64,000 nt of DNA from the human T2T-CHM13v2.0 reference genome, Homo sapiens, in the NCBI RefSeq assembly GCF_009914755.1, contig NC_060934.1. One strand, given 5' to 3'. Of the stretch, positions 39,483 through 53,390 are shown piece after piece. Numbering within the stretch: the stretch's first letter is position 1; each line of letters begins with the position of its first letter. Under the pieces are notes generated by a model. It searched no databases and was not told where the DNA came from. It was given only the letters and a program-made list of their open reading frames with translations. A program made the translations under genes and the position numbers.

Positions 39483-40439
39483 ATTCGTCCATATTTTGCA
39501 TGTATCCATGGATTGTCCCTTTTTATTGTTGACTATTATTCCATTGTATGAATGTACCACAACTTCTTTTCTGTTTGTGGACATTTGTGTGGTTTCCATT
39601 TTGGGGTGATTATGAATAAAGCTGCTTCAAACATCTTACTATAAATAGTGTGTGGACATGTTTTTATTTCTCTTGGATAAATACCTGAGAGTGGAATGCC
39701 TGGGTCATTGAATGGGTGTATGTTTCCTTTTATAAGAAACTGCTAGACTTGTTTCCAAACTGGTTGCACCATTTTATGCCCCCACAAGGAGTATATGATA
39801 GTCCCAGTTACTCCACATCCTCATAAACACTTGATGTTCCCAGGATCCAATCTCAAGATCCATCTCACTCCAGAACACATCTGTCTGGTGCTCCTTCATG
39901 CCCTTTGGCATAAAGGGACCTGTCCACTTCTGAACATGGGGAATCTCCCTTTCCCTGGGCTCCTTTCGGCCAACAGGAGACAGTTTCCTGTAATGCTTAT
40001 TCTTGGGCTGACCTTGGCCAAGTCCTTTTCATTCCCCCGGACCTCAGTTTCCTTGTTGCTGACCAGAAGCTTTGGAGAAGGTAATTGCTTCACTTCCTTT
40101 CAGTGGTGACATTTTCCCGTGAGCCTTTCCAATCTATGTTCTTTCCTCGTTTCCTTTTCCATCTGTCACTTGACACTGTGCAATTGATTACATTTCCTTT
40201 AACTGTCTTGGAAAACAGCTTGTATTTTTTTTATTTTTTTTTACAAAAAGAGACTTTAAATAAAGCTCCATTTTGCTAACAAATTTGAGAAGAAAAGTGG
40301 AAAGGAATGTGACATTTATTGAACACCTACTATGAACCATGTTTTTACAGATCCAATCTCTTGTTGAATTCTTGCAAGCACCCTATAATGCAGTATTTCT
40401 GAGTGGCATTTTTACCTGTTTCACTTTTCCCTCCATCTC

Positions 40440-41179
40440 TGTATTAAAGTTCTTTGGAGAAACAGAACCAATAGGATATATTTAGATAGATAAGAGGAGA
40501 TTTGTTATGGGAATTGGCTCACATAATTATGGAGGCTGAGAGAAGTCCCCAGCCTGCCATCTGCAAGCTGCAGAAGGGTGGAGGGGGAGGTTGGTGTAAA
40601 TCCTAGAATCTGAAGACCTCAGAACCTGGAGCTTCGATGTCCAAGGACAGATGGGTGACCCAGCTCAAGAAATGAGAAGGAATTTATCCTTCCTCCACCT
40701 TTTTTTATTAAAGAGTCGAGGTCTTGCTATGTTCCCCAGGCTGAAGTGCAGTGACGTGATCATGGCTCACTGCAGCCTCAAAAGCCTGAGATCCTACCTC
40801 AGCCACCCAAGTAGCTGGAACTCCAGGCACATGCCACCATGCCTGGGCTTTTTTTTTTTTTTTTTTTTTTTTTTTTTGGTAGAGGCAAGATCTTGCTATG
40901 TTGCCCAAGCTGGCCTCAAGTGATCCCCCCACCTGGGCCTTCCAAAGTCCTGGGATTACAGGAGTGAGCCACTGCACCTGGCCTCTTCCGCCTTTTTGTG
41001 CTATTTAGGCCAGCAACAGGATGATGCCCACATTGGTGAGGGCAGGTCTTCTTTACTCACTCTATTGATTGATATGCTAATTTTTTCTGGAAACATCCTC
41101 ACAGACGCACCCAGAAATCACGTTTTATCAGCTATCTGTCTTAGCCCAGTCAAGTTGACACCTAAAATTAACTATCACA
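40440..41179 (-). mobile_element. MLT2B-like ERVL LTR, interrupted by an Alu
   Basis: 'gagaaacagaaccaataggatata...ggaattggctcacataattatggaggctgag' and end 'cccagtcaagttgacacctaaaattaactatcaca'. Confidence 0.9.
40700..40983 (-). mobile_element. AluJ-like SINE
   Basis: Antisense Alu dimer ending 'gggattacaggagtgagccactgcacctggcc'; degenerate TSD tcctccaccttt/tcttccgccttt. Confidence 0.93.
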
Positions 41180-41379
41180 GCCTCAACTGCTCTTCCTTGA
41201 GCCAGCCTGTGACCACTCCCTGGCCTCATTCTTGTCTTGCCCACATCGCCACCTCCCCAGAATGTCCCCAGCCAGTATGTTTGAAACGTCAGCCTCTCCC
41301 ACTCCCCCCAATGGTTCCCCTCCACTCCTTCTGCTTCACTGTTTTCCATATCATCACCACTTGACTAAAATGTATTTTT

Positions 41380-41429
41380 ATTATTTTTTTAAAAAATTTT
41401 TAGTTCTGGGGTACATGTGCAGAGTGTGT
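41380..41429 (-). mobile_element. Extremely 5'-truncated L1PA insertion (~50 bp)
   Basis: T-rich tail plus 'ttctggggtacatgtgcagagtgtg'; TSD aaaatgtattttt/aagatgtattttt. Confidence 0.7.
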
Positions 41430-41439
41430 AAGATGTATT

Positions 41440-42180
41440 TTTCTTGTTTTTTTTTCCTCGCCCACCCCAAATAGAATTTAAGCTTCATGAGATCAGAAAT
41501 TTTTTGTTTCTTTTGTTCACTGCTGTATCGCATCTACTAGGCACCTAGTAAGCAAGCAAGCAATGTTGAATGCATGATGATATATGAATGAATGCATGCA
41601 GGAGTGAAATGAAGAAACAAAAGTTCTGACTGTGACTAGCTTATCCTTGGTGACCCTGCCAGTGAATCATGGGCCTGGGGATGCAAAGATGAATGAGGTG
41701 TGCTCTCCTCCTGGGAGATACCACCACTTACCCTATCTAAAGAAGTCCTCCATTCATCCTTTTTTCATGCATCCTGCCTTATGTGCACTATTTCATCAAA
41801 TAATACAGATGCATTTGTTTACTAGCTTTCTACCCCACTGGAGGGTGGGGACTTGTTCTCTGCCATATCCGTAGGGCTAAAACAGAACCTGTGTGCTGCT
41901 GGACCTCAATAAACATGTGCTGAATAAATAAACACACAAATGAAAAAAAATGAATAGCTTAGGCCCCTGTCATATTTTATAGCACAAGGAAGTTCTCTTT
42001 TGATGTACTTTTGAACTCGTGTTTATAATTATCTGTTTAAAGTATATATCCTGCAGGATTCCAAGTTTCCCAAGGGGCAGAAACTCTCTCATTCATATTC
42101 ATTCCCAAGGGCTAGCACTATCTGACCTGTAGTAGACCCTTAATAAGCATAATAAGCATGTGTTGAATCAATAAATGAAG
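41440..42180 (+). mobile_element. Cluster of L2 3'-end fragments
   Basis: Three 'aagcttcatgag.../ctcaataaacatgtgctgaataaat' type termini. Confidence 0.7.
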
Positions 42181-42199
42181 GGTAAATGCTAAGCACGTG

Positions 42200-42686
42200 A
42201 TTGTTGGCTAACCGAGTGCATCAGGCCCTCTTGAGCATGACAGCAGATCCTCTGCACCTGCTCTTACTCCAGGCACAGCCCGGGTCATCCATTCCATGCA
42301 GTCTCTGACCACATGGGGCAGGGGTGGCCTGGTGCCTCCCCCACAGGCTTGCCCTGTTCAACTCTCTCGTCCTCCCTGGTATGGCAAGCCCTTGGCATCT
42401 CTCTTTACTTACACATCCTCAGCCAGAGGTGTCAGCAGTTTGGAGCCAGTTTTGACTGATGGAGGGTGGGAGCTGATGGATAAATGTGTCGCCAGTTTGT
42501 CCCAGGTAGACAGTCCTGAGGACCAGTTCGTTATGCTTCCAGTCACCTATAGAGGTGGCCAACTCAGGTTTTCCCTCCTTCCCTGGTTTACTCCCTGCCT
42601 GTCACTCCTGCGCATTTCTCAATATACTCCCTGCACACAAGCCTTTGTGGAGGGCTCAGCTTTCAGGGGAATGCAGGTCAGGATGC
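42200..42686 (+). mobile_element. LTR16-like ERVL LTR
   Basis: 'ggagctgatggataaatg...ccctgcacacaagcctttg...ggctcagctttcaggggaatgc'. Confidence 0.6.
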
Positions 42687-43017
42687 CAAGTGAAGTGCTG
42701 GTGGGCAAGCCATTTTTCCTGTACTAAGTTTCCCAATGGCCTGTGATTTAGAGGCATCCTTGTCTTTGATAGGCAGGAGGCAGAGGGGTTCACAGGACGG
42801 TTGATCATGAGACTGCTCTCCCTCTATGGATTCCGAGGCCCAGACCTGGAAGGAAGTACTAGGAAGCCTCGTAGCCACATCATGTCCTCCAGTCCAGCTT
42901 TGTTAGTGTTAAGGCTGGAACGTGGTTGCCATCTGACTACAATGTCTAAGTCTCAACTGGCTGAAACTGGGAGAAAAGATGTTTATGATTAATTAGCAGT
43001 CCCAAACCCCAAAAGGG

Positions 43018-43091
43018 CTTTAAATGGGGTGTACATAAAGTGCTATAGTGATACCACTTTAAATGGGGTGTACATAAAGTGCTATAGTGAT
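43018..43091. repeat. 39-bp-period perfect tandem duplication
   Basis: ctttaaatggggtgtacataaagtgctatagtgat occurs at 43018 and again at 43057. Confidence 0.97.
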
Positions 43092-43334
43092 GATCACATC
43101 CTAGGGCAGGGAATGAGGAGTGGTCAAAGAAAGCCACAGAGAGGAGGTGGTGCCTGAAGTGGCTTTGAGGGAGGAGGAGAATGCTCAGGGCAGAAGTCGG
43201 AGAAGGGCATTCTGAGCAAAACATCCATGCAGGGACTCAGGTAGAGCACACTATTTGTTAAGGGGTGAGTTAGTTAAGGGGTGATGCCCTGAGTTCTTTC
43301 CTCTCCCTAGCAATTGATTCGTTATCTCTGGATA

Positions 43335-43790
43335 TAGATCAGTTAGGAATGCTTTAGGTTGCAAATAATGGAAAGCCTAATTTTAGTTGTTTCATCAAAA
43401 AGGATTTCTTTTTCTCACATGCCAAGCTATCTGGAGAAAAGTGAATGCTGAGGTGTCAGTGCTTTAACAGTGCCAACACTCTGTGGGTTTCTCGGTTGAT
43501 CTTTGACGAAGACTTGGTTGCCCCTTGATCTCAGGATGGCTACTGTAACTCCAGACATCATGTCTGCAGGCAAGGCTGAATGGAAGCGAGTGAAGTGAGC
43601 TGCCACTTCTCTTCATTTATCATAAAAGCAAAAGGCTTTCCAAAGACTTCCAGAAGACTATTTCCAGCTCATTAGCCAGAGACTGATCACATGACCACCC
43701 CTAGCTACAGCACAAGAGGATGGTGAGTGGGTATATAGTTGGACATATGATGGCACCTGAACAGAATCAAGGTTCTATTAGCAGGAAACT
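43335..43790 (-). mobile_element. MaLR LTR, MLT1K/L-like
   Basis: 'atcagttaggaatgctttaggttgcaaataatggaaa' and 'tcattagccagagactgatcacatgaccacccctagctaca'. Confidence 0.75.
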
Positions 43791-44075
43791 ATCTGCCTTG
43801 GAGTTTCAAGTTCCATTTATGGAATAAAGGGTATGATGATATCAAGGGTGAATGGCCCTCCCCCAGGACCACCTCCATGGGAGCCACTTCCTCCATCACG
43901 TCTAACCTCTGTTATCTTTGCACACATGAGAACAGGTCAGCAGGTCAGCTGAGGGGCTTGAGGAGCCTCCAGCAGGGGCTGGGCTTAGTTCTCTTTGAGG
44001 CAGCTCTGGAACCAGGCCAGTACTTTCCACACAGGTGGAGATCTCCTGGCAGGGGGCTCATCTTATTGTTCCTGC

Positions 44076-44420
44076 TGTGCTGGTGTCCCCCCACCCCCAC
44101 AAAATTCATATGTTGATTACTATTTCCTAATGCAATAGTATTAAGAGGTAGGCCTTTGGAGGCAATTAGTTCATGAGGGCTCTGCTCTAATGAATAAGAT
44201 TAGTGCCCTTATAAGGTATCTTGTTTGCCTCTTTCACCACGTGAGGACACACAGGAGATGACGTCTATGAACTGGAAAGCGGGCCTTCGCCAGATACTGG
44301 ATCTGCTGTCACCTTAATCTGGGACTCTTCAGTCTCCACAACTGTAAGCAACAAATCACTGTTGTTTATAAATTACTCAGTCCATGGCATTTTGTTATAG
44401 CATCCCAAAGGGGCTAAAGT
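44076..44420 (+). mobile_element. MaLR solo LTR, MSTD/MLT1A-like
   Basis: 'aaaattcatatgttga...attagtgcccttataag...tttataaattactcagtccatggcattttgttatagca'. Confidence 0.85.
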
Positions 44421-47400
44421 GGGGAGGGTGGGTGATGAGCACTAACACTTTGGCTTTGAAACTCAGTTGACAGGTGCAGAAAAGGCCATCTTACCCCAAC
44501 CTCCAAGCCCCATCCACTGCCACATTTGCCTCCACTTATTTTGGACAGGAAAATGCAGTCTGGGCTCGGGAAAACTCTGTGTTCTGACTTCACTCTTCCC
44601 CTGATGGGCTCAGGCAGGTCCTTTCTCATCACTGAGTCTCAGTTTCCCCACCTCTAAAATTAGGAACTGTGTTATCCCCTTTGATTGCCTGGAAAGATTC
44701 TTGCTGGAGTGGACAGATCCCTGATTTTAGAGTCCTATGTTGTTGTTTTTGTACCCTGTGTTCTCTGTTTCCCTCTCTGGCTGGCTGGATGGTCATGGGC
44801 CATAGCTGTCTTCTCTGTGCTTCACATTGCCTGTTTGTAAAATCAGAGGGTGATTGCCAAGAAATCCTGCTGCATTAAACACATCTGGGCACTGAGGCAG
44901 ACTATCCTGAGTGCCCAAAGTGAGGTGAGCAGAGGACACAGAGATGAAGACAAGAGAGCTGTTGGGGCACCCAGGTGTCAGGGGCAAGGCTCAGCACATG
45001 GAAGCTCCATTTGTTTGGGACAGTGGTCCACAGGCAGTCTGCTAGCCTCACCTGTGAAACACTCTGGGCCCACAGGGCACTTTACATACCCTCTCCTGCC
45101 TGTGGAAGGTCTGCGGAGGAGCTCCATGCAGACGGCCTCCCTACAAACACGGACTGCCACCTTGCCTGGCCTCCCTCTGGACTCCATGACCCACCCCCCG
45201 GGCACTGCAGGATCAGTGGCTGATGGCATTGCCAAGGGGTGGGAAGCATGGGGGGAACAGGCCCAGAGTCCTGAGCTCTGTGTTCAGTTAGGCCACTGTG
45301 TCCCTGGAATGGGGACCAGCTGCCCAAGAGGACCAGGCATGTATGCCTGCTGTACAGGAAGTGAGACACCCAGGGCTATCTGGGGTGTGTTTTCAAGAAA
45401 ATCTTGAAAACTGCAGCTCTAGCCAGAGGTAAACAGGGTTTCATTAAATCATGCCTGGCCTGAAGTGCAGAGAGTTGGTCTGTTTAACAAAGCAGGCACG
45501 CTCCCTGCGCGATGGTCCTGGCAGCTGTGTTGGTGAAGGACACACCTCCACAGAGAAGAGAAACAAAGACAGCGTAGTCGTGTGGTTCTGGCTGGCATCC
45601 CCATTATTCCCCTGCCCTGCTCCCTCCGGCACCTTGTGGATGTGCTGGTGTGCCTGCCTGCCTACCTCCTGACACCCAACCAGTCATCCAGGTAACATGT
45701 CCCAAACACCTACGACCAGCTGCTAAGTGAAGCATTTTCACTGGCTGGACTGGAGTTAAGGCTTGTGACACTTCTCTTAGGTGGACATTATCATCCCCTT
45801 TTTGCTCTTTTCCAATTAAGGAAACGGAAACTTTTGGAGGTTGATACATGATCCAGAATTGCACCCCCAGGAAGGAACAGCCGGGAGATTCAAATCCAGA
45901 TCTTGTCATCCAAGGTCTGGTTCCAAGTCTGCCCCTCAGAACCTGAGCCTCCTGGTTGCTCCTCCAAATTATCTCATCACAGCGAATTCCACCTGTTCAA
46001 TTCCACCTGTTCTGAGGTGAGCTGCCATGACTCCACTTGGTTCTTAAAATGGCCCCAGGAGATCACTAGAGAGTCAGGATGATGCCCATTCTGTGGAGTA
46101 AAAACAATGGTCAACAGAGCTCAGTGACTAGCTCCAGGTCCCTTCGCCAATCCAAGACCAATCCAGTTGCAGATCTTAGAAGTATTCCTTCTCTTTTAAA
46201 GTGTCAGACAAACAGAGCAACACACTTGCCGGGGTAAAGTTCTAATTAACTTTCCAGGCTTTAATTCTGGTGTGCGAATGTTCATTTCCAGGCTTGTTGG
46301 CAAATGTGTGGAACATGATCTCTCTCTCAGTTCTTCCCTTTATGTTTGAACCTATATGCTTTGTAGGTGGGGTTCAAAAAAGGCTTCATGCTTCAGGGGC
46401 TGAGGTCCCTTGGGTCCATGGAACAGACCCCCTCAGCAATGGACATGGGATTGGGGCACTTGAGCTGGAAGACAGCCTGGTTCTTCACTCACAGCCCAAT
46501 CCTAAGTGATTCTTCATACCACCTGTGGGCAGCACCTGCACATGGGATTTCTTCTTCAGAGGTCTGTGTGCTTGTGATAAAACTCTTGCTAGCTGGGTGA
46601 AGGTGGAGGGCACCCACCTTCACCTAGAGTAATCACAAACTCTACAGAAGCCTCAAGTCTATGGAAAGGGCACCTTCCCCTGCCATGCAGAAGGGGAAGC
46701 ACCCGCTGTGAATGTCCCTGAGTTTGGTCTATTATGTGATATGCATTACTTTGAGGAACACCCAAATAACCTTACGGTAAAGATGTCATCTTTCTTATTT
46801 TGAAAACAGAAACTGTGGTTGAAAGAGGTAAAGCAACTTGCTCAAGATCATGTGGCTCGGAAGGAGTACAGCAGGATTTTAAACTTGGTCTGTGACACCT
46901 GTGTCCCTGGGCACTCCCCTGGCCTTCATGTGACCACTGAAGAGAAATGATTTGGCTTCCTGTCCAGTGAACAACAGAGGAAGGAGAGGATCCCAGGAGC
47001 CCTCTCTTCTCCTAGCAATTCAGCTCTGGAAAGACATAAGATGCAATTGCTGAGCCTCACCCTTTTATCCTGGGGATGGGGAACTGAAGCCCAGGATGAA
47101 ACAGGGTTGTTCAATGTCATAGCCCAAGATGGCTCTGCCAAAACCATTCTCTAAGAACTCACTGGAAGCTGAGTACTCTCCAAGGCACAGCTGGGGGAGA
47201 CTGCAAACAGCTGGACCCTTGTGCCTTGCCTTCCAAGGCTCTGGAAACAGCATGTTCACAGAATGACAGGTGGCACAGAGCTCAGGACACTTGGGTCTTC
47301 TTCCTTGGTGGGTTCTATGCCTGGGGCCATTCTGTCTCTCTCTTGCCTGGTGCCTTTGCCTCCACCTTGCTTATAAGCTCTTTTCTTCCAACTACATTCA

Positions 47401-48059
47401 GAAGCTCCCTGAACATTTCATGCCTGTTATCCCAGGGGTATATGGCCTATTCCTCACTGCTACCTCTGTTTACATGCCATAAAGGGAGAAGCGGCTTAAG
47501 GCATGCAGGGGAGGTGAGTTCACCCATGGTTGAAAAAGGCATCTGACTTCAAAGCTGGGAGCTTGGCCCCAGCTCTGCCACTTCAGTGATGGTTGGCCTC
47601 CCACAGCAAACCCAACCCAAGCCCCAGGCTCCTTCCTCTGCCACCCCAGGCATGCTGGGACTCAGCCAGAGCCGGAGCTTTGAGCTCTGGAGTACAGCTT
47701 CATGTGGACGTCTGAGTGCCCTGGGAGTCCTGGTGTTATATTATTCCCATATTGAAGGCCATCCAAGACTATGAAAACTCTAGGACAAAACACTTAAAAT
47801 TCCAAGCAAATTCCCAGCCTCGTTTCCTGTGCATTCCTTCCCACCACCCTGGGCAACTCGATGGGTTGCCCCATGGTCAGAGTCTAGTGAAAAGTAGGAA
47901 ACATCAATCAAATGCATTGCGAGCAATGGCTACGCAGAAAGGGTGGGAGTGTGGAGGCACACGTGTGCTGGTATGGAAGCTTGAAAATGGATGGAGGTGA
48001 CTAGAGACACCTGTTAGCTATGCAGGAACACAAGTAGAACACAGGAAAACCATCATCTC

Positions 48060-48900
48060 ATAAATTCATTCAATAACATCTTCACTTAGCTCCTACCACG
48101 TGCTAGGGAGTGCCAGAGGCTGGGATAAATGGTGAGTCAAGCAAACATGCCCTTGTGTTCTCAGCCCATACAGCCTGGGAGGGAGGCAGACAGCAACCAC
48201 ATGGGTGAGTAGATAATCACAAGCTGAGAAAATGCTAGGAAGGAAAATACAGGCTAATGTGAGACAAGCTTGAAGGAGAAGCTGAACTAATCTGGAGAAG
48301 AGAAGAATCCTACGAAAAAGTGGCCTATGAACAAGAATCTGAAGGATGAGTAGAATGTGCATTGGGGAACAACAAGAGAAACAGTGAAAACTTTCTTGGC
48401 AAAGAATATAGTTTGTGCAAAGCCCCTGGGACAGGGAGGATCATGGCCCATTGGATGCTGAGCATGGAGAGGCAGGTGGAGCAAACTCTGGAGGACACTG
48501 GGCCAGGTTAGAGCCTTGTCCTTCCTCCTGAGAGCAAAAGGAAGCCATCAGATGGGCAGCAGGGGGAAATACCCTCAGAGTTGTATCTTAGGAAGGTCAC
48601 TCTGACAGCTTTGACAGAGGTATAGGGTAGGGGCAGGCAGATGAAGAAAAAATTACAGTCATTGAGGAAGACTTTGCATCCCCCATGCAGGTGAGACAGG
48701 GTGCATAAGAGTGGTGATGAAAGAGTCGGAGAGCACGGCATGCATGCAAGGGATGTTTAAGAGATGACATTGCATGACCTGGGGACAATCTGTATTGAGA
48801 AGGGGTGAGGAAATAGGAAATACCCAGGCAAAAGGGACAGCAGTGTCATTAGCAGAAATAAGCAACAGTGGATGTGGTTGAGCTTGGCCCGTTCTTCTGA
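48060..48900 (-). mobile_element. L2 LINE
   Basis: 'attcattcaataacatc...gtgctaggg...', 'tgtgcaaagcccctgg', 'ttaggaaggtcactctgacagct'. Confidence 0.8.
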
Positions 48901-49269
48901 AGGTGAGTGCTACACCTTGGGAGATGACACAAAGACAAAAGCGCACCTCTGGCCGAGGAAGAGAGGAGAACAGAATCATATCTAAGCAGGGGCCAGAGGA
49001 GGGGCCTTGGGAAGGGCAATGGTGAGAGGCAAGCAGCATTGTGGCTATCCTGGTCCATGTCCCTTCTCTCTTCCTGTCCCCATCTGGTCTGGGTCTATCC
49101 TGGTGAAGCCAGAGGGAGGGGAAGGGCTGACTGCACACTCTTCAGCCTCAGGCTGGGCAGTGCCCTCATCACCCCCAGCAGTCCCTGCCTGCCTCTCCTG
49201 GCACTGCTCAGCCTGCAGCCATTCCTATGGGGCCTCACTCCACTGCATCCCCTCCACTGGCTACAATAG

Positions 49270-49480
49270 TAATAATGGCAGCTCACCACTTACATTGGCC
49301 ATATTGCTTAGGCCTCCCAGTAACTCTCTGAAGAAAGTACTCCATATGTATCCATTTTGCAGATAAAGATAATTGATGCTTAGGGAGGCAACTTAATTCA
49401 CTCAAGGCCGCTCCACTAGCAGGGGGCAGATAGGAATTGGAGCTCAGGTCTGTTTGAATTCAAAGGCATGGCTTCACCTC
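49270..49480 (-). mobile_element. MIR SINE
   Basis: 'tccattttgcagataaagataattgatgcttagggagg...caggtctgtttgaattcaaag'. Confidence 0.75.
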
Positions 49481-50332
49481 TAATCCTACCCACTTTCCCC
49501 TGCCGGCTCCTCTGCCTGACAGCCAGGCTGGGCCCCAGTGCGGGCTGTGAGACTGCTCCCCATGTCCGCATCTTTCCCAGGCCCCTCCTCGTGTCTGAGG
49601 GTCTTAGCACCTGCCTCAGGCCACAGGAGGGAGTCGTGTCCAGCAGGAGAAATGCCTGCTCTGCACCAGGACCCACTGGCTCTAAGCCACTCTTAGGAAT
49701 CAGACCTAAATGTCGCCCTCACTGGTTCCCTTTCCACCCATGTCCCCAGAAAAGTCCCAAGCAGTGAGCACCTCACGTAGAGTTGGGGGCACCCGTGTGC
49801 TATACAAAAGCCTCCTTGTTGTTTCCACAACCCCCTCAAGTCACGGCACCACTGTAGTCTCTAAAGTTGGGTCCCAGAAAACCCCATCCTGGAGTTCCCC
49901 CAATCCATGATTCATATGGACCTCATCCCCAGCCCAGACACCTGAGCACCCAGAGCGTGGGCGGTGGTGACACCACACAGACTCGAGAAGCCAGCCTGGA
50001 CCCAGTCTCTCTACTTAAATTCCCTTGCTGAGGACATGGTTAATTTGGACTAGAGAAATTCTGAAGGCTCTTCCAGCTCTGAAATTTGCTATTTCTGTCT
50101 GGAAAATGACCCCAAAAATAGCATATTCCATTCCATATAAAACAGGAAGGCTACAAACATTATCTTCCTAATCAAAACTTTTTGACAAATTCCTTGTTCC
50201 CTCAGGACAATCATCGATAAAATTTCCACAAAGGAAGGGCCTTTTATTCGTGTGATTTGCTGCTCTATCTAGGGTCTAGGCCAGTGCCTGTCACACAGTA
50301 GGTGCACAATAAATATGTAAGGACTGACTGGG

Positions 50333-51070
<738 letters not shown>

Positions 51071-53390
51071 AATAATGAATGAACATTCCAAATGCCCTGG
51101 GCTATTTCACTTCCAACTTCTGTTTCCAGGGATCCCTGACGGACTGGGCTCACTGTCACTTTTCTGCAGAGCGGGTGTGTGCTCTTCAGGAGCCAGGTGG
51201 TGGGGATGCTGGGGAGGAGCCTCTTCTATTTCTAGATCCCTAAGGATGGAAGGAACATGGGGACCATCTGGCCCACCAGCCCATGTTACAATGGAGGAAA
51301 CTGAGCCAGGGAAGGGAAGGGGCTGGCTCATGGTCTCAAAGGAAGTATCACACTTTGCCTGGTCACGCCACTTCTGCTGGGTCACCATTTATATTTGGCC
51401 TGGATTCCAGAGAAGCCTTAAATGAGGCTGACCAGAAGCCTAAGTTTGAAGCAGTAAACCCTGCAGTGTCTGTAGGGGCTTGTGAAGAAGGAGCCAAAAT
51501 GTATTTACTCAAATTAATAATTACTGTACTCTATAAGGCACTTCCATGGCTGATTCAGTGAGGCGTCCATCAGCCAGTCCTCGAGCGCTGGGGAAAAGGG
51601 CTGTGGGGTGGGAAACCAGGAAGCTAGGAGAGCAGACAAGCAGACATCAGGGGGGCTCTGGGCTGACCGTATGACAGTGGCCCTGTGCCACCTCAGAGCC
51701 CACCCAACTTAAGTGAAGAGCAGGCTTCTGTGGCTGGAGGGAAGGCCAAGTCTGGGCACTGCATGGCATCTTCCACCGAAGCTTGTCTCCCAGCTCAGCC
51801 CCATGCCTTAAGGCTTTGAGCTCAGCTCCGTGTCGCGAGGCAGCGTGTGACAGAAGTGAGGGCAGGCTCTCAGCTGCAAATAAAAATAAAACTGCATGGA
51901 CTGCTTTTCCAGAAATTTTCATAAGCCAGGACACAGGTCAGGAGTGCTTTACAACATCCCTATGAAAGTGTGATGAGAGAGAGGGAACACCTGCATGTTC
52001 CCCTTGAGCAAAGGATACTCATGGCTTTGGTGTGCAGTGGCTTGGAAGGGTACAGCCCAATGTAGCCCCTTGGTGCCTGTGGGCTTGCCTGCTGGCTGTG
52101 GTGCTTGGTGGTGGTGGTGGCAGCTCCAGGGCAGCTATGGGGGGCAGCACCAAGGGCAGGATGTGGTGTCAGGTTCTAGGGGAGCGCAGGAAGGCTGGCC
52201 CCCCGGCAGCTTTGATGGGCAGGCACTGGAAACAGTGGCTGTGCTGAGAGGCTTCCGTGGAGCTTCTGGGACAAGGATTCCTGTGGAAAGGGACATGATG
52301 GGAAGGACTGGCAAAAGATAGAACTAATGCAGCTGTCACAGACTGGCGGAGACGACTGCTGGTTTTGTTTGTGTGTGTGCACGCTCATGCATAACAACAC
52401 CTCAGTCAACGACGGACCACATACACAACTGTTTCCATAAGATTACAATGCAGCTGGAAAACTTCTATGGTCTAGGGACATCCTAGCCATTGTAACATCA
52501 TAGCACAAGGCATTACTCAGGTGTTTGTGCTGATGCTGATGTAAACAAACCTAGTGCTCTGCCAGTCATATCAGAGTACAGATCATACAGTTATGTACAG
52601 TACATAATACTTCATAGTGATAATAAGTGACTACGTTACTGGTTTATGTATTTACTATACTATACTTTTAATTATTTTAGATTATATATATATATTTTAT
52701 ATATATATATATATATGCAAGTTAACTGTGAAAGAGCCTCAGGCATGTCCTTCAGGTATTCTGAATGAAAGTATTGCTATCATAAAAGATGACAGCTCCA
52801 TGAGTATTACTGCCCTGAAACCCTTCCAGTGGGACAAGACGTGGCAGTGGAAGACAGTGACATGGATGATCCTGACCCTCTGTAGACCTAGGCTAATGTG
52901 TGTATTTGTGTCTTAGTTGTTAACAAAAACTTTTAAAAAGTAAAAAACCAATAATAATAAAATTTTTTTAAATTAAAAAAGCTTATAGAGTAAGGATATA
53001 AAGAAAGAATACTTTTGTACAGCTGAACAATGTTTGAGTTTTGAGCTAAGTGTTATTACAGAAGAGTCAAAAAGTTTTGAAAAGGTTATATAGTAAAAAA
53101 GTTACAATAAGCTAAGGTTAATTTATTATTACAGAAAGAAAATTTTAAAATAAATTAAAATAAATGTATTTAAATAAATTTTTAAAAATTTTTAAATCAA
53201 AAATTTAAATAAATTTATATAAATAAATTTTAAATAAGTGTGCAGTTTTATAAAGTCTACAGTAGTGTACAGTTATGTCCTAGGCCCTCACATTCATTCA
53301 TCACTCACTCACTGACTCACCCAAAGCAGCTGCCAGTGCCGTGAGCTCCATTCATGGGAAGTGCCCTCTACAGGTGGACCAACCATTTTT

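Noticed and set aside
43018-43091. Direct repeat of CRISPR-like length
   Set aside because: Only two adjacent copies, no spacers, no cas genes, eukaryotic context
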